A DNA stretch of 62,189 bases, counting the filler, from Choristocarpus tenellus KU-1152 (Eukaryota > Protista > Phaeophyceae), in the NCBI GenBank assembly GCA_964200185.2. It is 10 parts of 10 records of this genome, joined end to end, with 100 filler letters (N's around TTAATTAATTAA, not from the genome) between each part and the next. Parts side by side here need not be neighbours in the genome. Positions count along the whole stretch, not along the records: positions 48,481 to 62,189 come from CAXNAD020001401.1; 9 more parts are not named here. One strand, given 5' to 3'. Positions 51,970 to 62,189 of this stretch are shown here, one piece after another. Under the pieces are notes generated by a model, which was not told where the DNA came from, did no database searches, and saw nothing but the letters and a program-made list of their open reading frames with translations. The first letter of the stretch is position 1. The number at the start of each line of letters is the position of its first letter. The position numbers were made by a program, and so were the translations under genes.

Positions 51970-52750
51970 CAACAAAGGTGGGTGCATCTGGAGCTGTGGA
52001 CAGATATAAGACCGGGTTGGTGTGCAGGGTTACAGACAGAGGAAAGGGAAGGATTACTGAAGACTAGTTTGCACCTACACGAACCAATGTTTCCCTTTAT
52101 ATGTTACATGCATTAGCAGGAAGACAGAACTATGATTAGATTCATGGTGATGAGAAAAAGGCATTCACTCAGGCTGATCTGGAAGAGATACTAAATGTAG
52201 AGCTACCAGAAGGGGTGGCAATGTTTGTTCAAGTAGTTCTGAGGAAGATCCATGTTCAGTTCAACCTGTTGTAGCAGGTGAGTCCATGATGTTCATTCTT
52301 TGTCTGGATGACATGTAATGGCGGAGAAATCAGGGTCAGGGTAGAGTGTTCATATCATAGAGGGATTGAACATGAAGGTTGAGGTGATTAATTTTGGGAA
52401 GGTAATCAAGTTCATCGCCGGCAGGATGAGGGGGCGAGGAAAGGCTTGCAGAAAGGCACGGAATTGTCACAACTAACAACCTACCATCAATCACCGTGAG
52501 GGAGGAGCAGGAAGAGCTGTTCTAGAAGACAGCAACAATGACTACACCTGATGTGTCTTTTGCAGTCCAAGAGGTAGCATCAACTGTGAAGAATCCAAGT
52601 GGTCTGATTGACTAAAAGCTGAGAGAGTGATCAGGTATCAGTTGGTACTAGAGAGAACTAATCATGGATGCTTTGGTTTGTACAGGAATGGACCAAACAA
52701 TCAGCTGATTATTGTATACAGATGCTAACTACTTGCAAGTAGAGCAGGAT
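51970..52750 (+). pseudogene. Ty1/Copia reverse transcriptase/RNase H remnant (upstream pol debris probably extends to ~50600)
   Basis: GAVDRYKTGLV..ED*FAPT..MLHALA..HGDEKKAFTQADLEE..VELPEG, TPDVSFAVQEVA..KNP and VYTDANY are degenerate Copia motifs. Confidence 0.8.
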
Positions 52751-53974
52751 ATCTATTTATGAGGAAAAAAAGGGTATGCAACCCTCAACTCTGATACCAC
52801 TGGAATTGAAATTATCTCCCTCGCACATCAAGGCCACACTGATCATGCACACATGCTCCATTCTTATGCCTCTTGCTTGCCTGGCGTATGCACACATGCT
52901 GCAAGAGGATGAATTGACCAATCCCGGAGGGTTGTATTTGCTCGTTGTGATGGGAACATATTCCAGAATACATATTCTATAGTCTGATGTCTTAACATAT
53001 AATGCTCTTTGAAAATATTGCACTCAAATCAAATATATTACCATTTCAAAAATAAAAATATAGAATAAAGTGACAATACTGCAATGGTCATAGATCTACT
53101 TTTCTGATGGGTCCGCCCTGTGAACTGTAGGTCATTTGGTCATAATCCGTGCTCAAGGGTCCCACTAAACAAAAAAACAAGCATGTGGGACTCTTAAACC
53201 GTAACATAAAACGTCAACAGTATATAAACAAATATTAGTACTTCAAAGTACCACCTAAGCAAATAGATCTCTCCAACATATGGTCAATGAGTTGTGTGAT
53301 GAAATGAGATGCAAACAAAATTCAAATCTCAAATCTTTTCAGATCAACCTACCACAAGATGTTCATTTGCATCAAGGGAAACTCTTAACAAGCAATTACC
53401 TGATCTAGACCTATCTGACCGGCTTCTCCAATAACAGTCACATCAAGTTCAGCATGGGGGAAAATCACACTACGCAGGACATCCATTACATCGTTCCCGA
53501 CAAAGGTGAGTTCTTACAAAAGCTCCTCTAATGAGTACCCAAATGATCAAATCAAAGGGAAAAGGTCCATGGGCATACTACACAAACTGCGAAACAATAA
53601 CCTTTGTTTGAACAATTTTTCACAACTCTCACCTCTCTTTCAAAGAGAGCGCTCTCCACATAAATTTTGTATTGACAATTGGAAGACAAAACACGAAAAA
53701 CAAGAATAAGTTCTAGTGGCTGAGAAAATCCAAACTTCTGCATCCCCTGTTTCCCTGTAGATATATTGATGAAAGCCCAGGCACAAATTATGACCTGACT
53801 GGAAGTATATTTGCATATTTTATGGCAAATCGAAGAGTAAATTGCATGTAAATCCCCCTCCCTACCACGGCAAACCATCACGCCATGTCCAAACCACACC
53901 CTCAAACATGAAGTGATCCAATGAGACATCTGCCATCGCACCAATCAGATTCGATCGATCTCACCCCTGCTTAC

Positions 53975-56900
53975 CTTGGTGAGGACAGGCTCATAAGCAG
54001 CAACCACGTTGCCATAGAGGCTATAGTAGCCATATACCAATGCCATCTGAACAAATGCATCTGGGCTCATCTTGTTTGCAGTAATAAAGCGCTTCCCAAA
54101 TCTTCACATACAAAGAGCGCACATCCACAACAGAATACATGTTGTGGTGAGATGTGTAAGGTTTCCATAGCTAGTCTTACTGAAAATCCCCAGTTTATCA
54201 TCGAACATATCCTAGTAAGGACACCCTTCACAAAGAGACCATGATCACATGGCATACATTAACATCGTGTGAGGTCTACAAGTTGCGAAAAACACCAAAG
54301 GTCGTAAGGTGGCAAGCACAGCCAAACAAGAGGTGGCCATGTACACAAAATATGGATTAAGGGGTGGTATACTAATCACTGATTCCATTTTTCCTCACCA
54401 TACCACCTCACCGAAAATCTCACCTTACAAGAGGTTCATTCAGAGTGAAAATATCTCAGAGGGTAAAGCCATGTCCGTTTGGAGATCAAAATCTAATGTT
54501 GCACTTTTGATGTAGTTTTGGCGGTTGTGTTTGTTAAGATAAAATACCATCGAAAACCCTTGGGAAGATAAGCCTCAAATGGACAAATAGGACAAAACTC
54601 GTACACTCTAACATACTTTCACTCTCAACTGTCACAGACAGAACTTTGCCCAGAATAACACTCAACTATGTACCACATGACTAACCTGGTATACTCCAAT
54701 GTCTTGACTTCATGTTGATGTATAAGGTCAGATATACGTGTCTCAGCAAAGAACACTTTCCTTTTGAGCTGTGGGGTCATGTCCCATTCAATCTTCATTG
54801 GACGTCTGCCTTCACAGGGCTCCAGGGGATGTTTGTCCTCTGGAAACACTGCCTGCAAGGATTTTTCACAGGCAAACGTACGTTCAACAAACATACACAT
54901 GACTATTGGTCACACAAAAACATTTCATCCCCAAGTGTACATGAGTCGGAGCTTCATCACACTCACACACTTTTGGATCTGCCCGTCTCGAATTGTTGAG
55001 GAAGGCTAAGGCACAAGCATGCATGTAGGTTCTGAAAGCTTGGAAAGGAGTAGACACAATAAAAATTGCAGTGCAGATTCCGCTTGGTTATTACTCATCT
55101 GCTTAACATTATGAACCAAGTGACAAATTGCGATCACCAAGAGTTAAAACAAGACCGAAGTGAGGGCTTAAAAAGAATAGCAAATATCATGCTCAAGTCA
55201 GCGCATCAATTGTTCCAGGAGCTCAGGTGGAAGAACCCTCGATACCAAAAGGCAAATATTTCAGAATAGATTGTCAACCCACGAGGCTCTTTCGACCAAA
55301 AGTCCAAGTATGGTTACCAAATCTATTTTTTCTTACCCCATCATTGCTTCCTTGACGACCGCTAGTGCTGGCAGTAAGGTGACTGGCGAAGCGATATATG
55401 ACATCTGCAAATACGTCACTGTTTCACAACAATAACATCGGATTGTACGGATGGCAACAGGGGAATATATGTACATTAACACTTAAGGATAACCCAAAGA
55501 CACTGCTAAGAAACATGTACAAACCCCCTGCACTTTGTGGATCATTAATTTATACTAGTAGAAGAGTGTTACAATAAAGGCTCTACACAATTGATATGTC
55601 AAGGATAACAGGATTGTATGCGCGATTGTGGTGTCTTGTGAAGAGGATTAAAAGTCTGACATGGGGTGCAGAGAACTCCGAACATTTGGAATCTTCAAGA
55701 GTTCGACATTTCAACAATTCGATATTACAGTAACAGTTTAAGACAAATCCTCACTTGGGCAATGGTTCAGGTAGCAAAGATAGATTAAAGTTGAGGGCTG
55801 GGGAACCTGTCAAATGAAATGACTGTGAAGGTCAAGGAATGGGCGACCAACAAGATTCTAAACAACACAAACTCTTCAATGAGAAAACCATAGTGATAAA
55901 AAAAAATGTATGTGTCATGACAGTACCTTAAAACGCCAGCCATTGTTGGCAAATGACTGTGCTTTCCACCAATGGATATTGACATCATTGAGGAGAAAAA
56001 ATCTTCGCAGAGTCATGGCACATAGGTTTGAAAAAAAAGAATGAATGAGCTAAATTTATTGGCATGAAGCAATTTAATCAACCTGATTAATCAAAGAGTG
56101 CAGGTAGCCTACAAGATGAGGAAGCAAGATGGCCATTCAGTAACCCAAAAATCCACAAAGTTTAAGTCAAATCATGCAGAAAAACACAGACGAGAAAAAA
56201 GATGTGACTAATGGAGAAGTTTCAATCGCAATATCGTATATTCCTTGGTTGGACAAAATGACAAGTTCGAATCATTGCAATTCACAACACCAATGATAGT
56301 GACAACATAGCCTCAGACCTAATCAGTGCCATATTCCAGACCATAATATTCTCCTTTACCTAACAACCATTAATTACTACCTTCCAACCTTCATCCTAAC
56401 GCACGTCGAGATTTAGAAAGCAGCCCCAACTCCAATATTATACAATCGAGGTAGTAACACAAAGAACCCATTAATAATGAAAAGAGAGGTCCTCCCAATT
56501 ACTTGCTTTGACAGCTAAAACTTCAAGAGTCAAGAAGAAAGGAGAACAAAAATGTACTGTAACAGACCACAAACCCAACACTGAACCTGGTGAACCGCAG
56601 GACTGTGTGTCCATCAACCCAGGTATGCTCAAAATTCACCCCAGCGGCCCCATTGCGGAACACAATCAGCTGAAGCTTGTCATACCAACGATTGGTGAGC
56701 GTGCCAGTCTAGTCAGTGCAAGGACAGCGCAATTCAATACGTGTGGTGCATATGAAAAGAGGAAACAGAAGGGAATAACTGATGAGAGAACAAGAAGAAT
56801 TTGTGTTTGATGTTTGGGGTTGGGCGGGGGGAGGGGTGGGGGGATAGGTATCTACTTCAGGTTCATGGCCCTTCAAAGTGCAACGGACAGTGGACACTTC

Positions 56901-59060
56901 GTATCTCAAACTGCTTCACCATGCAGTATCACTCCAAAGACCTTAAATATCACTGACAAGAAAAACGAGACTCGTTGCAATATATTTAGTACAGCTATTT
57001 TACTTCGCTATTCATGTGGCATTGCTGCATATAAGAGGCAACAGCAATAGAGAGCAGCATGATGGAATATTTTGATGTATGAGAAGCACACCTCAACAAA
57101 GATCATATTTTTGACTAGACATACATGCCTCACCCTCATGTCAAACCAAGAGCACATCACTGTCAAGAAAAACACACCCATGTCAGGACAAATTATAAAA
57201 TCATAAAGCCTGATCATGTGGTACACACTTTGAGTGTGCTCAAGTACAAAAAAGATCAAGGTAACTGAATACTCGGTACCAAAATCCTGAACTAAGGCCG
57301 GACTATGTTATTATGACTCAGAGGTACACTCTTTTTTTACTCCACATACAATTCTACTTCAGATGTATAACAAAGACTACTAACAATATGATCCCAAAAC
57401 CCACAGCCTAACATCTCGTGGAAAATAAGAGAATTCACCCCATCTTTTCCACACAAAGTCTCTACAAGAACCTCATCCTCATTTCTACACTTAAATCCAA
57501 CCCTTTTCAGTCCCTACATCTGGTCTTCCCCAGCACAGAATGTAAGCTTCAATCAATCATCTACAGCTTGAGTTAAACCATCCAATACAGGGGTCGTAAT
57601 TAAATTCAACTGTTGACCATCCCTTTTCAAAATTCAAGTTCTAGCCTGATTATGAATATCTCAAGACTTGCATTAACTCTAAAGCTCTAATCTTACCACC
57701 ACTGCTAAGTGTACTACTACCAATGAGCTTAGCTGTGTGTCTAACCCAAATCTATGCAGTCCTTAAAATCCAGAATTGATCGCTACATCTCTACAATGAG
57801 AATGAAACTTCACCTTACTATCACTCCCTCCTGTTAATCAAGGCTACAACGTACAGGATGGTAGAGTGACCACTATGACACATGCCTCAGGGATGGGAAG
57901 GACCTATATATCATAGTACAGGATGAACTGTTGCCTCACGGGGACGAAATACAGGTTTTAAACTGGCTCTCTAAAGTGTACACTCCTGAGTTGTCAAATT
58001 TTCATTTGAGGGCTGCCAGGAAATGACTCCACAACTCATCAACCGCCTAGTAAAAGTGTGCACTGCCTAAAATCTGAACATCATTGGGCATGGTATTGCG
58101 AGAGATGAGAATTTGTTTATCACCTGACTGTCGCCATCTAGCGAATAGCTCCCATGAAGACAGGCGGCTGCAACCTGAAAATGCAGCAAGAGATAGGACA
58201 TGACATTTGAGAAGGATGATGGGGCATTGGAAAGGAAGAAAGGGTAAGTGGACTTTCAGGGAGGACAGGAGCAAGTGAAGAAGGATATGTGCAGGTGCGA
58301 TATAGAGAAATTGGGGACACTTCATGGATTCACAATCCATTCGCCCACAGAAATGTCGGTGAACAATTTAGAGCGCTGGATAGTGGGCTTGCTCTTGTGA
58401 GGCACTTATACTCAAGATTCTTAGTGTACAAAGGACATGCACAGTACATACTGTTCCTGTAGAAAATGCTATCACATATTTTTCATATCTATGCATGTAC
58501 TTCAGTAGAAAATAAGTCAAGGATACCAGTCCATACAAAGTTCAGGGACATGTATACACTACCACCACACTACCACCACATACATGTACAAGCCCTTCGC
58601 AACACATTGCTCAGGGACCTATAGTATGTAGTAGCACCAGCTGGTCAAGCACTAAACAGACAGGTTGTTACTCTTTGTACTACAGCTTACAGCTGTTGAG
58701 TATGTAACCTTTATTACTATGGAGGGAGGGGCTGCCATCTTGCCAATAAAAGATGTATAAAAGCTAACACCAGCAGCTCAGTTTGGTGTCTTCCTCAGTA
58801 ACACAACACTGTCCATTTCAGTGTGCATTATTCTAAGGAAATAAAGATATTAATACGAATACTACTCCATTGGTTGTACTATAAGACCCATCTGCACCCT
58901 ATCACAAATATATTGCTGAGTTCACCTCGGAAGCAGTGGATGGTGATGTGTGGTCAATACACATGATGAACAAGGCAGTGTCCACAATTCGCAGAAATTT
59001 GGCATTGTCCTCACTTAAACTCTCCAGGTCCTTCCTGGCCTTGGCCCACTCTCCTCTGGT
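53975..59060 (-). CDS. Carnitine O-acyltransferase (choline/carnitine acyltransferase family, Yat1/FacC-like), internal exons
   Basis: Phase-consistent GT-AG exons 59060-58926, 58174-58124, 56708-56587, 55418-55337, 54852-54686, 54101-53975 give ..IVDTALFIMCID..GTLTNRWYDKLQLIVFRNGAAGVNFEHTWVDGHTVLRF..KIEWDMTP..FAETRISDLI..FGKRFIT..SPDAFVQMA..YEPVLTK, including the catalytic EHxxxDG. Confidence 0.95.
54443..54624. mobile_element. Internally deleted MITE family A (intronic) with TCA target duplication
   Basis: TCA[GAGTGAAAATATCTCAGAGGGTA...TACACTCTAACATACTTTCACTC]TCA. Confidence 0.85.
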
Positions 59061-59879
59061 CTAAATGAAGAGGAAAAGTAGGACTTGCATTATGGATACA
59101 GCCAGGACGAAAGTCTAGGGTTGTAGATAAAAGGTGTAAAAAAGTCTGTATTTGCAACAATGTACCCAGTGCACACCTGTGCATACAAAATTTGGTCCAC
59201 GGAATGGCAAACAGATTTGAAGAGGATCCAGATGAAGCCATCATAACCAATCACCTGGCGACAAGCGCAGTTCTCACTGGATAATATCCTAACACCAAAC
59301 TCCACGAAACCGTGGTGGAATATTGAATACATTATAAGAGGGGACTGATGATGTGAGCATCTGGTAGAGGGGTTGCATGATCTTGAATAACAAGCGATGA
59401 TGAATGGGGGTACATCGACTGCAATGGAGTGCCTTCTCGTGACATATCAAATGTTTCCTTGCACCCCCTGGTTCAAATAAAGCTAGTACTTCAAAAATAC
59501 ATAAAACAGTCTGGCTAAGCACAGGACTGTATGCAAGACTCAGAAAATATGTTTGATTTGGGATCACTTGGGAGGGGTAAGAGCTTACACACATCAGGGG
59601 TTAGTGAAGGAGAATAGATAATGGGTATCATGTGGCTTTGCAATTGTGCAGGGGGAAGAGTATTGAGTGTGTTACACTTGTGATACTCCCTCTGTCCCAT
59701 ACATCTGGACCGTTAAGTTTTAGCTCTTCAGGATGACCTCCAATTACAAAATGGACCTTTGCGTTGGATTCCTTGGAATATTTTTCATTGAAAATCTTGC
59801 AGTCACGCCTTTATTCGACACCATCAACCCACCTATCCAGTACCACCGCGGAGGCCACTACTTCAACTGATCTAGCTAA

Positions 59880-61310
59880 CCCGCCCTCCCACTGCCTTTT
59901 TTTGGTCCTGGTGTGTGCTCTACCTCAAAATCATTCCCACCCAACCCCTTTAAAAACTGAGTGCACCTCTTAAACAGACTCTGCCACACCCTCTTGAGCG
60001 TATGTGTGTCATACGTGTGGAACATGCTTGAAAAGCCCTCTACAAGTTCATCAACAGAGACATAACGTTCCGCCCAAACCATGCCCTTCAGAGATACAAA
60101 AACCCAAAATCATTTATGTTGAGATCCAGCAACTGTGCTTGCTGCAACACAAGCTTAATATTCCATCCCTCCTCCATCCCTGCCGCTTTCAGCTTCTGCA
60201 ATGGGCCCTTGTCCTTATGCAGGGTCACACCATCCTGCTGTATGGAGCCCCCCCCAGATTCCAGCCGCGGCATTTTTTCTTTGATCACTGGCAACAGCTG
60301 CTCCATGTACTACTCCAGGGACCAATCAGTGTCAGCAGTGACATCGATCTCATACTCCTCGCCCCTCGTGTGCCACACCCGTAGTCCGTTGCACTTCCTT
60401 CGTGATGCAAAACCCGCCAGATACCAATCTCACTGTCAAAATCATGGGAAGTATCTGGGCTTGAAAGGGTGGAAATGAACATCACTTTGGGAATGCGAAT
60501 CTTGTGGTGTACCTTCATTGAGCCCACCTTTTCCTCCCCCAGGAACATGTGCACCATCTCTCGTTCACAAATGAGGTAGAACCACGCCTCGACGATGTGA
60601 ATGGTGTTGAGGCCAGTCCTGTAGGTATTGCGGTTGCAGGAGATCTGGTCGCGAATGAAGTCCACCCTATTCTTCTTGTAACAGCCGATCGTCAAAATTG
60701 AGGATGGAGCTTTTTTATTGAGGATGAGCGAGACGCGGATTGGTGTGCGGAAAGTGCACATATGTTTTGTTTTTAATATTGCGATACTTTTGGAAGGCCC
60801 CACTAGGAATGGGAATCCATCCCAACGAAGGTGGTAGTAGGACAGTGTGTGGGGGGTGGCAACGATTTCATTTGATCGTCGTGTACATGTATGCCCTGCG
60901 TTTGCTTGCTTGCTTGAATTGAAAGCGCGTTTGTGATCAAACTCTCTCTTCAACACCATTATTCTATGGTTTCCGTTCAGTGTGCATCCTTGAACGGCAA
61001 GCACGGTGTCGGTGGTGAGCTGGTCCCCGTTGCCTAAGCAGTCTCGTTGGATGACGATGGACGGAACAAACTGCTCGAGCTAGCCTTTTTCACGGATAGA
61101 CTTGCTGACGCGCGCTAGGCCACGCTCGCTCAGGGGACGCACCATCTTCGTGCACGTGATGTTGCCGAGTTTCATCTTGTATATGCCAAGGTAGTGATGT
61201 TCGAGGAGCGAGGACATGCCCTTGGCATTGCTGTCTGATGCTCTCAATCCGTGGGCAGCGCCATTGGCACGTGTGGGGGTCGTTGTTGAGCGAATGTTGG
61301 ACATGGCGAA
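59880..61310 (-). pseudogene. Third plant-type mariner transposase remnant, nearly full length
   Basis: IHIVEAWFY, HHKIRIPKVMFI..SPD..FDSEIGIW, LLPVIKEKMP, QQDGVTLH, QQAQLLDLNINDFGF and TLKRVWQSLF..GGNDFEVEH; multiple frameshifts. Confidence 0.88.
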
Positions 61311-61619
61311 GATTGGGAAGGTGTGACGGGGATAGATAAGAAAGAGCTGGTGGTGGTATGTACGGAAGGGAAGGAATGGAAATGAGGAGTGAGGGCTGGG
61401 AGGGGCTGGTTTATTTCGTCTGCTCCGTCGGTACCCAAGGAACTCAGATTTCTCTTTCCGTTGATAATTGTATTCCAAAAAATATGATTATCGAACAGTA
61501 CACGATTTCATATTTAAAACAAATAGAGAGTATCAGTTTTTTGTGACCTTTTCGTTTCGGAACATTTCAAACGTATTAGATCAATTAAGTATGTGGTTTA
61601 TATTCTTATTTATTGAAAT

Positions 61620-61945
61620 TAAAAATGGAATCTAATTCTTATTTCATAATAACCAGAATACACGTATTTTCCAGAACATGGATTTCAGGCTGGTCCAACG
61701 GATCACTTGAAGCTCAAACATCGTACAATTCAATTCAATCGTGCCCAAGACCGCCTGTTGCCTGAAACCAGAATAGAATCTAGTTTTTATTTCATCACGG
61801 TGAGAATAAACACGTTTTCCAGAACACGGATTTCATTTTGGTCCAACGGGTCTCTTCAAACTCAAACATTGTACACCCAGCTTCGAATTCAATTCACTCC
61901 TAGACCTTCTCACTGTCCAAGACCGCCTGTTGCCTGAAAACACCA
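61620..61945. repeat. ~150-170-bp tandem duplication, probably the subterminal region of the mariner element
   Basis: GAATCTA..TTTCCAGAACA.GGATTTCA..TGGTCCAACGG..CTCAAACAT.GTACA..CCAAGACCGCCTGTTGCCTGAAA occurs twice. Confidence 0.8.
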
Positions 61946-62189
61946 TGACAGGTGCTCCCATCCATATATACGTACGTGCGCTCGACACCGTACATCGATG
62001 TTATTTTATTTTATTTTGTGTGATCTTTCATCATCTATCTCCCCAACACGCTCAGCGGCTTGTTGTACTTAAAAAGCGATTGCATGTGTGTGGCAGGGGG
62101 GGAACAAAAGGGGGAGGAGCTTAAAGCAACCGACTAAATGCGGTGGTGGAGGATATACATACACACATTAAAGCAGCCCCTCCCAGCCC

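Noticed and set aside
53399-53470. Exon-like minus segment VIFPHAELDVTVIGEAGQIGLDQ (also 59177-59254 and ~56912-56941)
   Set aside because: Splice-like ends, but no match to the expected acyltransferase sequence and not needed for frame continuity

Overview
Eukaryotic, intron-rich and transposon-rich DNA, probably from a stramenopile such as a brown alga (inferred from GT-AG introns, scattered TTAGGG/CCCTAA motifs and protein families; not verified). The window is not contiguous: about 10 short contigs are joined by an artificial 100-bp linker (N44-TTAATTAATTAA-N44). Host genes reconstructed by hand from splice sites are: exon 1 of diphosphomevalonate decarboxylase; two exons of a CD20/MS4A-like membrane protein; three exons of an unknown gene; a 10-exon, 5'-partial FG-nucleoporin (Nup214/Nup159-like) with a GC-AG intron and two copies of a ~42-aa helical module; and six exons of a Yat1/FacC-type carnitine acyltransferase on the minus strand. 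The rest is decayed mobile DNA: three plant-type mariner transposase remnants, a CRE/R2-like non-LTR element, Gypsy and Copia remnants, and a gag-only LTR element. The most notable signal is a clan of at least five MITE families with largely different internal sequences. Four share a G(A/G)(G/C)(T/C)(C/G)AAAG-type terminus, the fifth has a related GAG end, and they make 3-bp target duplications of variable sequence. They nest in one another and sit at many contig breaks.
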